Shown in pieces: positions 55,855 to 64,000 of a stretch of 64,000 nt of DNA; the stretch's first letter is position 1, and the number at the start of each line of letters is the position of its first letter. The stretch spans positions 1 through 64,000 of IMG/VR virus record IMGVR_UViG_2974692648_000001. One strand, given 5' to 3'. The DNA comes from a virus (Duplodnaviria; Caudoviricetes). The notes below the pieces were generated by a model that was not told the origin of the DNA, did not search any database, and saw nothing but the letters and a program-made list of their open reading frames with translations. Both the position numbers and the translations under genes were made by a program.

Positions 55855-57453
55855 ATGCTCACTGCTCTTTTTGATGCAGGTGAGACGTATCGTAATGCGA
55901 CACGTCCCGCTATTCTCGACAGCATCTACTCTGTATTGGAGTACTACCAAGTTCGAGAAAAAGACCTGACGGTGTACCTGAATGGCGAAGCACAAGACGC
56001 TCGACCTATGTACTCCAGCCCGGAAGACGGACCAAGGTCAGGTCAGTACACTGATTTCATATTTCGTAATAAACTGTTTGCCGTAGCAGAAGTGGTCACC
56101 ACGGAGTTCAACTCAGGTTACGGTAACATGGGGAGACAACTAAACAACTTCCCGTTATGGTACAATTCTTTTGTTCGTACTAATATGGTTCCTATCTTTG
56201 AGGGTCGTAAAGTGAACGTCGATTGTAACGTTCATTTCAATACCCGACAACAAGCTAAGAACTTCCGCAACCGACTTCAACGTATCTACGACTTACAAGG
56301 AGCACAACCTTGGTTCCGTGCTCATATTCATTACCCTGTCCCTTACGAGTTCATGTTACTAACCAGTCACTTGAAACAACTTAGTGAAGCGGCAGGACTT
56401 AGTTCTACAGAAGAAGAGTACCCAGATTGGTTTATTCGTCACTGTACAGCACCCACAAGCATTTTAACTAACGCAGCGGGCGAACATCCTATCTTTGGGA
56501 TTAAACGTCGTATAGAGAACTCTGAGTTGATATTAGAAGAGCCTACGATTGCATTGGTACAACGTAACCAAGAAGTCTTAGGTAAATACGAAGTCAGCTT
56601 CCGCTACTCTTTCTATTGGCAAGAACTCACTAACTGGAAGGTCACTTATCCATTGATGGTTAATCAGCTTCCGATTAGTTCGGACTTCGTTAATTCCCCA
56701 TTAGTTGAACCAGGGAATCCGCACAGTCCATTTAAGTTCTTTGAATTGCAGGCTGGTGATTCTATCAAAGGCTTTGACGGGACTAAGCATTACTACCATG
56801 CTCGCTATCCGTTGTATGACCCTTGGTTCCCACCACCGAACTATGATCGTGTAGAACCTAAGGTTATCGTTAACTTTACAGTTAAGAATGAAACAGACAA
56901 GCAGTTCTTGTTCAACATCAAAGAAATCCCAGGCATGCAATGGAATCCCATCATTCTCCAGTTTATCCTGAAGTACCATGATTTGATTACCGTTAGAAAC
57001 AATCTAGTCCTTTGGATACAGCTTTATTCTGATGACCTCCCAGTACTACAGGAAGACATCGAACTGGATGAAGAAGGTAACCTGTTTTTATTGAGAGATC
57101 CGGTAATAGAGAACAACTACCGCTTTGTACTGAACATCGATGGTATGTTAGGTCTACTTACTGATCAAGGTAAACGTCTCATTATCGAAGATGACAACTA
57201 CCGCCTCAAAGTACTTCCTGAAGTGTTCCCTTGGTGGAACTGGAACACGCTTAAAGAAGTAGAAGAAGCAGGACCGTGGGGATCGACCGGAACACCCGTC
57301 CCCGGGTGGGAGACAGGTGGTAAGGATTATTACGACGATCACGTTGTGGTGACCTTGGAAGAATTGGAAAAGGCAATCGATATGATCGCGGCTTTACCAG
57401 AGTTCCCTGACACTCCTTCATTCATGCTAGACATGTCCTTAGTAGTGAGGTGA
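55855..57453 (+). CDS. Virion structural protein (phiKZ gp98-101 region)
   Basis: 532 aa, GGGGGAG RBS, late motif upstream. Synteny. Confidence 0.6.
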   Translation: MLTALFDAGETYRNATRPAILDSIYSVLEYYQVREKDLTVYLNGEAQDARPMYSSPEDGPRSGQYTDFIFRNKLFAVAEVVTTEFNSGYGNMGRQLNNFPLWYNSFVRTNMVPIFEGRKVNVDCNVHFNTRQQAKNFRNRLQRIYDLQGAQPWFRAHIHYPVPYEFMLLTSHLKQLSEAAGLSSTEEEYPDWFIRHCTAPTSILTNAAGEHPIFGIKRRIENSELILEEPTIALVQRNQEVLGKYEVSFRYSFYWQELTNWKVTYPLMVNQLPISSDFVNSPLVEPGNPHSPFKFFELQAGDSIKGFDGTKHYYHARYPLYDPWFPPPNYDRVEPKVIVNFTVKNETDKQFLFNIKEIPGMQWNPIILQFILKYHDLITVRNNLVLWIQLYSDDLPVLQEDIELDEEGNLFLLRDPVIENNYRFVLNIDGMLGLLTDQGKRLIIEDDNYRLKVLPEVFPWWNWNTLKEVEEAGPWGSTGTPVPGWETGGKDYYDDHVVVTLEELEKAIDMIAALPEFPDTPSFMLDMSLVVR

Positions 57454-57457
57454 CAAA

Positions 57458-58747
57458 ATGTCTTTTTTAGAACAAGCTCCGGGAATCAATGATAAACCGG
57501 ATTTAAATAAACCTACGGTATATGCTAAAGAGTACCGTCACTCTATTGTGGACTCTGAGTACATTCCACACACGAGTTTGTTACACAACGTTAGTGGTCA
57601 ACCTATTCGTTGCGATTACTACCGTCAGTACTTAGGGCAAGACGAAGAAGTCGTCGGTTTACAGTTAAACGATATCGTAACGTATCAGTCGTACACCGAG
57701 ATCAAGAGTCTGGTCTACAAGCGAGATGGTGACCCTTCTCGTAACTGGAATGAGGAACGCTACGAAGTTAACCAAACTTGGGTAGGGTATTTTGTCTTTG
57801 ACCTACAGCCTTTGAAAGCGGACATCTTTGTTCAAGATATAGGTGATGGACGCGCAGGTTTAATCCAGCTCACTAAAACTCCAGAGCCTATGTCGATTGC
57901 CAAAGACAAAGTTTACATGTGTGAGTGCACTTTGTTGGCGGAGATGAATGAAACGATCGAAGCGAACATTCGCAGTAAGGTGGTGGAAACTTCATGGTTC
58001 TCGGCAGAATCAGCACTTAAGGGTGGTCAAGCGATCATCACTGAGGAAAACCGTCAGCTAAACCAAAAACTAGATCGTTGGGCTTACATGATCTCACAAC
58101 ACCTGTTGACGAATCATTACTGGAACCCAGAACGTACAATCGCTATTGTGGAAGATGATAAGTTGTATTATTACGACGCCTTCTTGGTCCGTTACTTACA
58201 ACGTGTTATCCCCCACAAATACATCCCGGGTGCGTCTCCGATCGAATCGCTTAACTTTAAGGTGGGTCGTAATTTCAATTACGATAAAGAGCTCACCATT
58301 TGGGATTGTTTCATTCAAGGTTCGTTTGACTTCTTACCAATGGTGAGTAAAGAACTCTATAAGTATAACCGGACTTCGATGATGTCGTCCCGAGGCTATA
58401 CTGGTTTCCTTGCCACCAAGTTTGACTACATCTTGCTCCCTAGTAAACTGGAGTTCAATGAACTCAACTCTCTTTACATTTCAAGAGACAACGGGTTTGC
58501 TCCTCGCCCTCCTATGGAAGAAGGTGTCAAGGTCCCTAACTATTTCTCCGAAGAGTTTTACAACGGGGGATACAAAGGTGAGTTTGAGCAATGGTGTAAG
58601 GAGTTCTTTGGTGATCGCACGGTCGATCGAGAGAAGATTTTAAAATTCTGTGAAGCGTATAACACGTGGTCGCCGAAAGATCAAATCTACCGAGCAGGTA
58701 TATTGGTCTCAGCGATCATGACATCTAAACGCGTATTTGGAGGTTAA
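57458..58747 (+). CDS. Virion structural protein
   Basis: 429 aa, GAGGTG RBS, beta-rich N-terminal half with DIGDGRAG. Confidence 0.6.
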   Translation: MSFLEQAPGINDKPDLNKPTVYAKEYRHSIVDSEYIPHTSLLHNVSGQPIRCDYYRQYLGQDEEVVGLQLNDIVTYQSYTEIKSLVYKRDGDPSRNWNEERYEVNQTWVGYFVFDLQPLKADIFVQDIGDGRAGLIQLTKTPEPMSIAKDKVYMCECTLLAEMNETIEANIRSKVVETSWFSAESALKGGQAIITEENRQLNQKLDRWAYMISQHLLTNHYWNPERTIAIVEDDKLYYYDAFLVRYLQRVIPHKYIPGASPIESLNFKVGRNFNYDKELTIWDCFIQGSFDFLPMVSKELYKYNRTSMMSSRGYTGFLATKFDYILLPSKLEFNELNSLYISRDNGFAPRPPMEEGVKVPNYFSEEFYNGGYKGEFEQWCKEFFGDRTVDREKILKFCEAYNTWSPKDQIYRAGILVSAIMTSKRVFGG

Positions 58748-58748
58748 T

Positions 58749-59441
58749 GTGGACATCGTCCGTTACACTTATGTTCGTAAACGTTTGATTGATTTATGGC
58801 GAGAACTTTCTTATGAAGGATTCCGCATGTTTGTTCCAGCTCAAATGTTCATGACAAAAGATCAAATACAAAACCACGAACACGTCAGCTACCAAGATTC
58901 CTTTGGCTGGGGAGATAGCATTCGTACCCATCAACCGTTCTTGATTACGGTCCCAATGCTTAAGGACTTAATCAAAGGTATTAACAAAGAGTCAAGTATT
59001 GGGTTTTATGACGCGGACGATTCCATAAGACTTTTCACTCACATCACTGAATACTTAGACTTGTGGATGGAAATTGCAAATGACGCCCCTCAATACTACA
59101 TTCCGCATGTGCCGGAGCTTTATGAGTTAGAAGACGTCGCCTTGTGGGTGTTCCACACTTATCGTCCCGTCATGATCCATAGAGCTAATATGAAGCTCGC
59201 TAAGCGCCGTGCAGAAGGGGAAGACCTAACTATGAATCCATTCTTGCTCTTATTGAGAATGGGTGCTTCTGAGTCCGTAGACGAGATTCCAGAAGAAGTT
59301 AGCTTCAGCAGTATACTTGATGATCGCCTCCCTGCTCGATTGAGAGACTACTACACTCAAAGTAAACGTGCGGCAGCTTCAATGGACGTGGAAGAAGAAT
59401 GGCGTATTAACATGGCTGATATCGCCGACCTCATTGCTTAG
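58749..59441 (+). CDS. Conserved hypothetical protein
   Basis: Likely GTG start at 58749 after GGAGGT. Confidence 0.6.
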   Translation: MDIVRYTYVRKRLIDLWRELSYEGFRMFVPAQMFMTKDQIQNHEHVSYQDSFGWGDSIRTHQPFLITVPMLKDLIKGINKESSIGFYDADDSIRLFTHITEYLDLWMEIANDAPQYYIPHVPELYELEDVALWVFHTYRPVMIHRANMKLAKRRAEGEDLTMNPFLLLLRMGASESVDEIPEEVSFSSILDDRLPARLRDYYTQSKRAAASMDVEEEWRINMADIADLIA

Positions 59442-59449
59442 GAGTTACT

Positions 59450-60781
59450 ATGATACCTTTAGAACTCAGTAACCTCATGGAACAAGCTCAGCTCAACGCA
59501 ACCAAACCTGCTCCGATTGTTTACGAGTTGGAAGGGATGTTTGTGCTTCCGGAAGGTTACGTGAGCATTATTGGTGTGGAGCGCATCACTGGTTTAGCCA
59601 ATTACGTTGGCGCAAGGAGTGACGACATCCGGGTGAGGGTTCGCATTCAACCCGGTGTTTATCAGCGTGAAGTATTGCCCTACAAAGACGATCTACAATT
59701 CGAACTTATTACGACCACTGATGCTGGTTCTGAAGTTCGTTATTATCGTTGCATTCCATTATCGGTGAACGATACGGAATCCTTAGGCAATACGACTAAG
59801 GAAATGGACCTCGGCCTTTACGATGACCAAAACTTTATTAGTCTAGACTTCCAGCTAATGGACTTAGGGTTTTCTAAACTGCGGACCATACCTTACTCCG
59901 ACGTGTTCTTATCAGCAAATGTAAAAGATGTTATCCACTACGCATTAAGTTCTGAAACGATCGACCTTGGGTTAAGCGGTCAAGATAAATTCAAAGGTGT
60001 CTTTATAGAAGAACCTGTGGACAACACGGTAGTCTACCGACAAATCACTTTCCCTCAAGGTAAGACAAACTTAATCAACGTCGTACAGTTCCTGCAAGAA
60101 ACCGACTACGGGGTTTACTCTCGAGGAGTAGGTTCGTACTACGCTAAAGGAGAGTGGCGTGTCTACACGTTATGGGATACTGTAAAATATGACCGCAGTG
60201 ACTATACGTTGGATATTATCCGTGTGCCTGAAGATGTCATGCCGACCATTGAAGCTTCCTACTACCTGAACGACACTAACTTAAGTATCGTTTCCAGTGG
60301 ACGTGGTGAGTTGCGTAACTCTGTCGATATACAACTTCAGAACAAAGGCACTGGTCAACAGATCATCTCGAGTAAAACCGCTAACGGCATGGTAGGTAGT
60401 CACTATGAGAAAGGGCAAGTCTTGCTGACACGTCAAGACTCATTAACTCAATACCGTACCGTAGAGCGTAAGTCTGGAGAAGAGCGCATTAACGTTAATC
60501 CCGTTCCCACCAACAACGTCGCCCGTGAACTGTCTAAGTCTCGAGTGAACAATGGTGAGATTCTCACTATTCCTTGGAAGAACGCGGACCCTCGTTTGGT
60601 GCGCCCTGGTATGCCTTTCCGTTATTACTACTTAACGTCGGAAGGTTTGGTGAAACAACGTACGGGAACCGTCATTGGTATGGCGTTCGATTACGTGCCT
60701 AAAGACGCGTCTCCTCAGTACATGTTTTATTGCAACGTAAACTTAACTCTGTTTATGGGTCTGGAAGAACAATACGTTTAA
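59450..60781 (+). CDS. Virion structural protein, possibly baseplate hub-like (phiKZ gp101-like)
   Basis: 443 aa, AGGAG RBS, YGVYSRG and LVRPGMP with a beta-rich C-terminus as in hub proteins (inference). Confidence 0.55.
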   Translation: MIPLELSNLMEQAQLNATKPAPIVYELEGMFVLPEGYVSIIGVERITGLANYVGARSDDIRVRVRIQPGVYQREVLPYKDDLQFELITTTDAGSEVRYYRCIPLSVNDTESLGNTTKEMDLGLYDDQNFISLDFQLMDLGFSKLRTIPYSDVFLSANVKDVIHYALSSETIDLGLSGQDKFKGVFIEEPVDNTVVYRQITFPQGKTNLINVVQFLQETDYGVYSRGVGSYYAKGEWRVYTLWDTVKYDRSDYTLDIIRVPEDVMPTIEASYYLNDTNLSIVSSGRGELRNSVDIQLQNKGTGQQIISSKTANGMVGSHYEKGQVLLTRQDSLTQYRTVERKSGEERINVNPVPTNNVARELSKSRVNNGEILTIPWKNADPRLVRPGMPFRYYYLTSEGLVKQRTGTVIGMAFDYVPKDASPQYMFYCNVNLTLFMGLEEQYV

Positions 60782-60818
60782 TAACTACGGTGGACAGAGT
60801 CCACCGTAGTTACTTTTG
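60782..60818 (+). terminator. Rho-independent terminator
   Basis: taactacggtggac-aga-gtccaccgtagtta then ctttt. Confidence 0.8.
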
Positions 60819-60828
60819 CATTCATATT

Positions 60829-60854
60829 TTTTCAAATCTATATCACCTACATGA
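60829..60854 (+). promoter_or_regulatory. Putative early promoter
   Basis: TTTTCAAATCTATATCACCTACATGA, a variant of the 26-bp motif. Confidence 0.6.
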
Positions 60855-60900
60855 AACTAAGAACAGTTTCATTTTCATTAACCTTAATAGGAAACCAACT

Positions 60901-62328
60901 ATGTCTGATAATAACGAATACCAAACACGTAAAAATGCAATGTTAGGTCTTATTGAAGAAAACCAACATGACGCTTTGAAATCCCTGGTGGTGACAGTTC
61001 ACAAACCTTGTCCAGAAGGTCAAGGAGAAGTCCGACTTACTTCTCCTATCGAGATCCAACCCTTCATCAAAGATAAGGATCCTGAAAACATTTATTGTCT
61101 CATCGATGGTCGTCCCACCACCCCTGAAACACTAAAAGAAATGAGTATGCCGGGGGACTTACTTCGAGTGGATTTAAAAGAAGATTCGGTCACAATGGAG
61201 TTGATCAAATGCTTAGGTCGCTGCAACTACGCCATAGTTGGTGATCCGACCGGACTGATAGAAACCCTGAGAACTCAATTAAAACCCAAAGAAGTGCGCT
61301 TCTATCAAGGCAACCATGAAACGGACTTAATTACTATTTCTGAACAAATAGAAGTAGAAGATAGCTTCATGGTGGAAGTGTTTGGTGGACGCATTAACAT
61401 CACATTACTGGATGGTGAGAAACAACCTAAGCTAAATCCTCACATGCAGTCGGATGCATTCGTTTGTTTAAAATCTTTGTGGTTAGGAACCATAAAAGAT
61501 ATCGACGAAACTAAGCCGGATTTTTCTATACGGAGAATGGGTTTACATGGTCGCAGTGATACGCAGTTTCTATCAAGACAAGTGATTCATCGACCTCACA
61601 TCGAGTTCTCCACTCGTATTGTGGAAGGATTCATGACCGAGGAGCGAGCCGATCAACTTCGTGAACTGGCTGAAAGTCTAGAGTGTTACGTTGGGAACAC
61701 TAAGTGTGACGTGGAAGAGTTTCTTCACATCATGGACCCAGATGATATTTTACTGTTACAGATCTTCAGTGATAAGCTTCGTCTGGTCGTTAACCAAGCG
61801 GTTGGGGTCTTTCAGCATCAAATTAAAGACAGCACGGACGGAACCAAATTAGCTGTACTGAAGCGAGCAAAGTCTATGTTGACTAATTCGACATTTGGTG
61901 CTTACGGAACTCCGTACACACTAAGTGCTCCTAAGACCTACCTTGGTCCCAAAGCTGTGCCACCTTCTGTGTTCATTAACTACTTAAAGAAAGGCGACAC
62001 CCTAGTTTCACATTCACTGGGAGTGTCGTCGGCAATAAGTTGTGAACGCGCAGACAAACAAGATTACTCGGAATCTAAATTGTTTGTAGATTGTACGATT
62101 CACTCTCCTCAGTTGGATGGTGAGGGATCCACATTATTAGAAGACGGGTTTGTTAAAGAAATAACAGACGCGTTAGTGGATCAAGATCTGATTCTACCTA
62201 ATTGGGAGTCAAAAGCAACTTTAGTATGTCCTACGGCGTTTTCTAAACTACCTGTCAAAGGTGTGAAACTTAAACAGTCTCGTAAAGAGATGTCGCCATT
62301 AATGAAGCGCATGATGAAGCGCCTTTAA
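60901..62328 (+). CDS. Hypothetical early protein with four degenerate internal repeats
   Basis: Start moved to ATG 60901 (AGGA RBS) because the track start crosses a terminator and promoter. Confidence 0.7.
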   Translation: MSDNNEYQTRKNAMLGLIEENQHDALKSLVVTVHKPCPEGQGEVRLTSPIEIQPFIKDKDPENIYCLIDGRPTTPETLKEMSMPGDLLRVDLKEDSVTMELIKCLGRCNYAIVGDPTGLIETLRTQLKPKEVRFYQGNHETDLITISEQIEVEDSFMVEVFGGRINITLLDGEKQPKLNPHMQSDAFVCLKSLWLGTIKDIDETKPDFSIRRMGLHGRSDTQFLSRQVIHRPHIEFSTRIVEGFMTEERADQLRELAESLECYVGNTKCDVEEFLHIMDPDDILLLQIFSDKLRLVVNQAVGVFQHQIKDSTDGTKLAVLKRAKSMLTNSTFGAYGTPYTLSAPKTYLGPKAVPPSVFINYLKKGDTLVSHSLGVSSAISCERADKQDYSESKLFVDCTIHSPQLDGEGSTLLEDGFVKEITDALVDQDLILPNWESKATLVCPTAFSKLPVKGVKLKQSRKEMSPLMKRMMKRL

Positions 62329-62382
62329 TTCATCAACCGATAACAACTGATTTTACCAATGCATCAATTAAGGATTTATACC

Positions 62383-62781
62383 ATGACTATCAAGAAAGAC
62401 GGCTCACTAAACCAAATTCGTATCTTCGCACTAGTTCAGCTAAGCAGCTGGATTTATCGTCACCATAAAGTGAAGAGTATCAAAGCGATGGCGGAGGTGG
62501 CTGAAGTGAGTCCTTCAACGTTGAGCTCCATTAAGAACGGTAGCGTTAAAAGCATCTCACTTAATCGCATCTTTGCTATTATGGATAACTTGAACATCAA
62601 CTACACTTTTCAAATGGTACGTCGTAGAGGGATCACCAGCTATTCGTTCCAGATGGACGTGTATAACGTTCGTAAGTCCGATACAAGAGAACTAGAAGTT
62701 AGCTACCAAGAAGAGTACAACCAACTTCGTAGTCACCATCAGTTAAACGAAACTAGTTTCAATAACGTCGTACACCTTTAA
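62383..62781 (+). CDS. XRE/Cro-like helix-turn-helix protein
   Basis: SIKAMAEVAEVSPSTLSSIKNGSVKSISLNRIFAIMDNL. Start ATG 62383 after AAGGA. Confidence 0.8.
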   Translation: MTIKKDGSLNQIRIFALVQLSSWIYRHHKVKSIKAMAEVAEVSPSTLSSIKNGSVKSISLNRIFAIMDNLNINYTFQMVRRRGITSYSFQMDVYNVRKSDTRELEVSYQEEYNQLRSHHQLNETSFNNVVHL

Positions 62782-62790
62782 TCCACCTAA

Positions 62791-62822
62791 ATACTCAGGG
62801 GTCCTTCGGGGTCCCTGAGTAT
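62791..62822 (+). terminator. Terminator-like hairpin
   Basis: atactcaggggtcc-TTCG-gggtccctgagtat. Confidence 0.7.
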
Positions 62823-62833
62823 AGGAGTTTATT

Positions 62834-62995
62834 ATGTTTTTAAAAGTTAATCCTATCTCACCTTATTTTGGTCATCACTCTAAACCAATCATCCAGAGTC
62901 AAACAAAACGCCGTAAAACGAACAGAGACAGCGATAAAGACTTTCAGGCTGTATTGGTCCGAGAATTAAACAAAACGGTAAACAGAGGGCGTTGA
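62834..62995 (+). CDS. Small basic hypothetical protein (53 aa), missing from the ORF track
   Basis: AGGAG RBS. MFLKVNPISP...DFQAVLVRELNKTVNRGR. Stop lies 1 nt before the next ATG. Confidence 0.55.
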   Translation: MFLKVNPISPYFGHHSKPIIQSQTKRRKTNRDSDKDFQAVLVRELNKTVNRGR

Positions 62996-62996
62996 G

Positions 62997-63308
62997 ATGC
63001 GTTTATTTAACTGTTTCAAAAAGAAACCCAAAGACTTTCCTTATGAGAATGTCGCAAGACTGTTAATAAGAACCAGTCCAGAAGAAGAACTCACTTTGAG
63101 AGTGACTCGATACAAGGACTTGTATTTCGTTAACGCTTACGATATTTTCCGATGGAGTAATGGGACTTGGTATAATCAGTACGTTGATCAAGCATCGGAC
63201 GAATTCCTGATCTCTGCTCTAAGGTCATTAAAGTGTGAGTTCGTAGTATCTGAATTTAATAACTTAATTCACGGAACTCTATTACTTGATCATTTCGAAT
63301 CTAAGTAA
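62997..63308 (+). CDS. Hypothetical protein
   Basis: 103 aa, GAGGG RBS. Confidence 0.6.
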   Translation: MRLFNCFKKKPKDFPYENVARLLIRTSPEEELTLRVTRYKDLYFVNAYDIFRWSNGTWYNQYVDQASDEFLISALRSLKCEFVVSEFNNLIHGTLLLDHFESK

Positions 63309-63338
63309 AATATTTTCTTACTGTGAAAGTTATCCTAA

Positions 63339-63483
63339 TGGGGGAGGGGGCAAAGACTTGAAAACATCGAAGATAATTTAATTAATATATTAAGTTAAAT
63401 ATACCTTAGAGTATATACGACATTACGAAGTGATGGGAGTATATACGGTGAGTATTACGAAGTAATACGGATAAAGGTTATTT
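63339..63483. repeat. Non-coding island with G-tract, AT-rich palindrome, direct repeats and cGAAg hairpins
   Basis: gggggaggggg, ttaatatattaa, gagtatatacg x2 (63409, 63437), attacgaagt x2 (63422, 63454). Confidence 0.6.
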
Positions 63484-63545
63484 AACGTATACTGCATTAA
63501 AGACCGTTAGGTCACGATAACAATTGATAACAAAGAGAATACATT

Positions 63546-64000
63546 ATGACTAAGCTAACTTACACTCAGCGTTTCGCTACTCGTTTTGAAAAGAAAATCA
63601 TGTCTCAACAGCCTGAACTGTTAAAGCTATACCAGCGTATTTGTGGTCACGACTACTGGTATGATTTTTGTGACGCGTTACCGGGCTGGCGTGCAGGTCT
63701 AGAGAGTGAACGAGATATCATTCGACAGTTAGATGAAAATAAAGAACACAAATACTATCCTATCTTGCAATGCCTCTGGAGTAACAAAGGGGATAAGGAA
63801 TCGATCGATAGTGGGAACGTGTTCGAGGAGTGGTTAGAAAAATACCGAGATGAGTCCATGGATATGTATCGTTTCTTAGAGACACTAGATCGTCTTCAAA
63901 TGGATGATGAGAAAATTGCTAGAGCGGTTAGAGCAATGCGTCAAGTAAGTAAGTTCTTGATTGAAGAATCCGAGGTAGAATCTAAAGTCGTTGACTACTT
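63546..64000 (+). CDS. Hypothetical protein, truncated by the window end
   Basis: MTKLTYTQRFATRFEKKIMSQQPELLKLYQRICGHDYWYDFCD..., apparently open to the window edge. Confidence 0.6.
   Translation, partial: MTKLTYTQRFATRFEKKIMSQQPELLKLYQRICGHDYWYDFCDALPGWRAGLESERDIIRQLDENKEHKYYPILQCLWSNKGDKESIDSGNVFEEWLEKYRDESMDMYRFLETLDRLQMDDEKIARAVRAMRQVSKFLIEESEVESKVVDY

Noticed and set aside
4098-58643. Many 60-130 aa antisense or alternate-frame ORFs nested in long genes
   Set aside because: Shadow ORFs expected from biased codon usage, with no RBS or recognisable motifs
60730-60900. Upstream extensions of several track ORFs (also 9531, 16913, 35109, 50458, 62359)
   Set aside because: They cross terminators, promoters or structured spacers, or lack an RBS. 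Downstream ATGs fit better
63330-63338. DnaA box (ttatcctaa)
   Set aside because: A single copy with two mismatches to TTATCCACA
63409-63468. Mini CRISPR array
   Set aside because: Repeats are only 10-11 nt in two copies with short irregular spacing, and no cas genes are in the window
1-64000. tRNA/rRNA genes or stop-codon reassignment
   Set aside because: No cloverleaf with T-loop consensus seen in the intergenic gaps. Genes are full length under the standard code and end in TAA, TAG or TGA

Overview
This window is a 64-kb stretch of a phiKZ-like, nucleus-forming jumbo myophage (Chimalliviridae-type). It holds the phage core-gene block. Directly supported by sequence motifs are a two-piece family B DNA polymerase, non-virion RNA polymerase (nvRNAP) beta and beta-prime pieces, a virion RNAP beta-prime piece, an SbcD-like nuclease, an SF2 helicase and a long cluster of head and baseplate genes. 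Chimallin, ChmC, the sigma-like nvRNAP subunit and PicA/Imp1 are assigned mainly from phiKZ/PhiPA3 gene order and size; no database search was possible. Structure that the ORF track does not explain: (1) a 392-nt group I intron splitting the catalytic NAD|FDGD motif of nvRNAP; (2) a likely programmed -1 frameshift at T TTT TTC (31538-31544) joining a tail-chaperone-like gene to the next ORF; (3) a candidate 88-nt late small RNA (26980-26893, minus strand) carrying an anti-Shine-Dalgarno segment; (4) a catalytically dead prohead-protease-like gene; (5) a shared G-x-E cleavage motif followed by a common amphipathic helix in many head proteins; (6) a membrane-anchored M48-like metalloprotease in the virion cluster; (7) recurring early and late promoter motifs, structured leaders and an origin-like non-coding island near the right end. 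I saw no tRNA, rRNA, CRISPR array or transposase.
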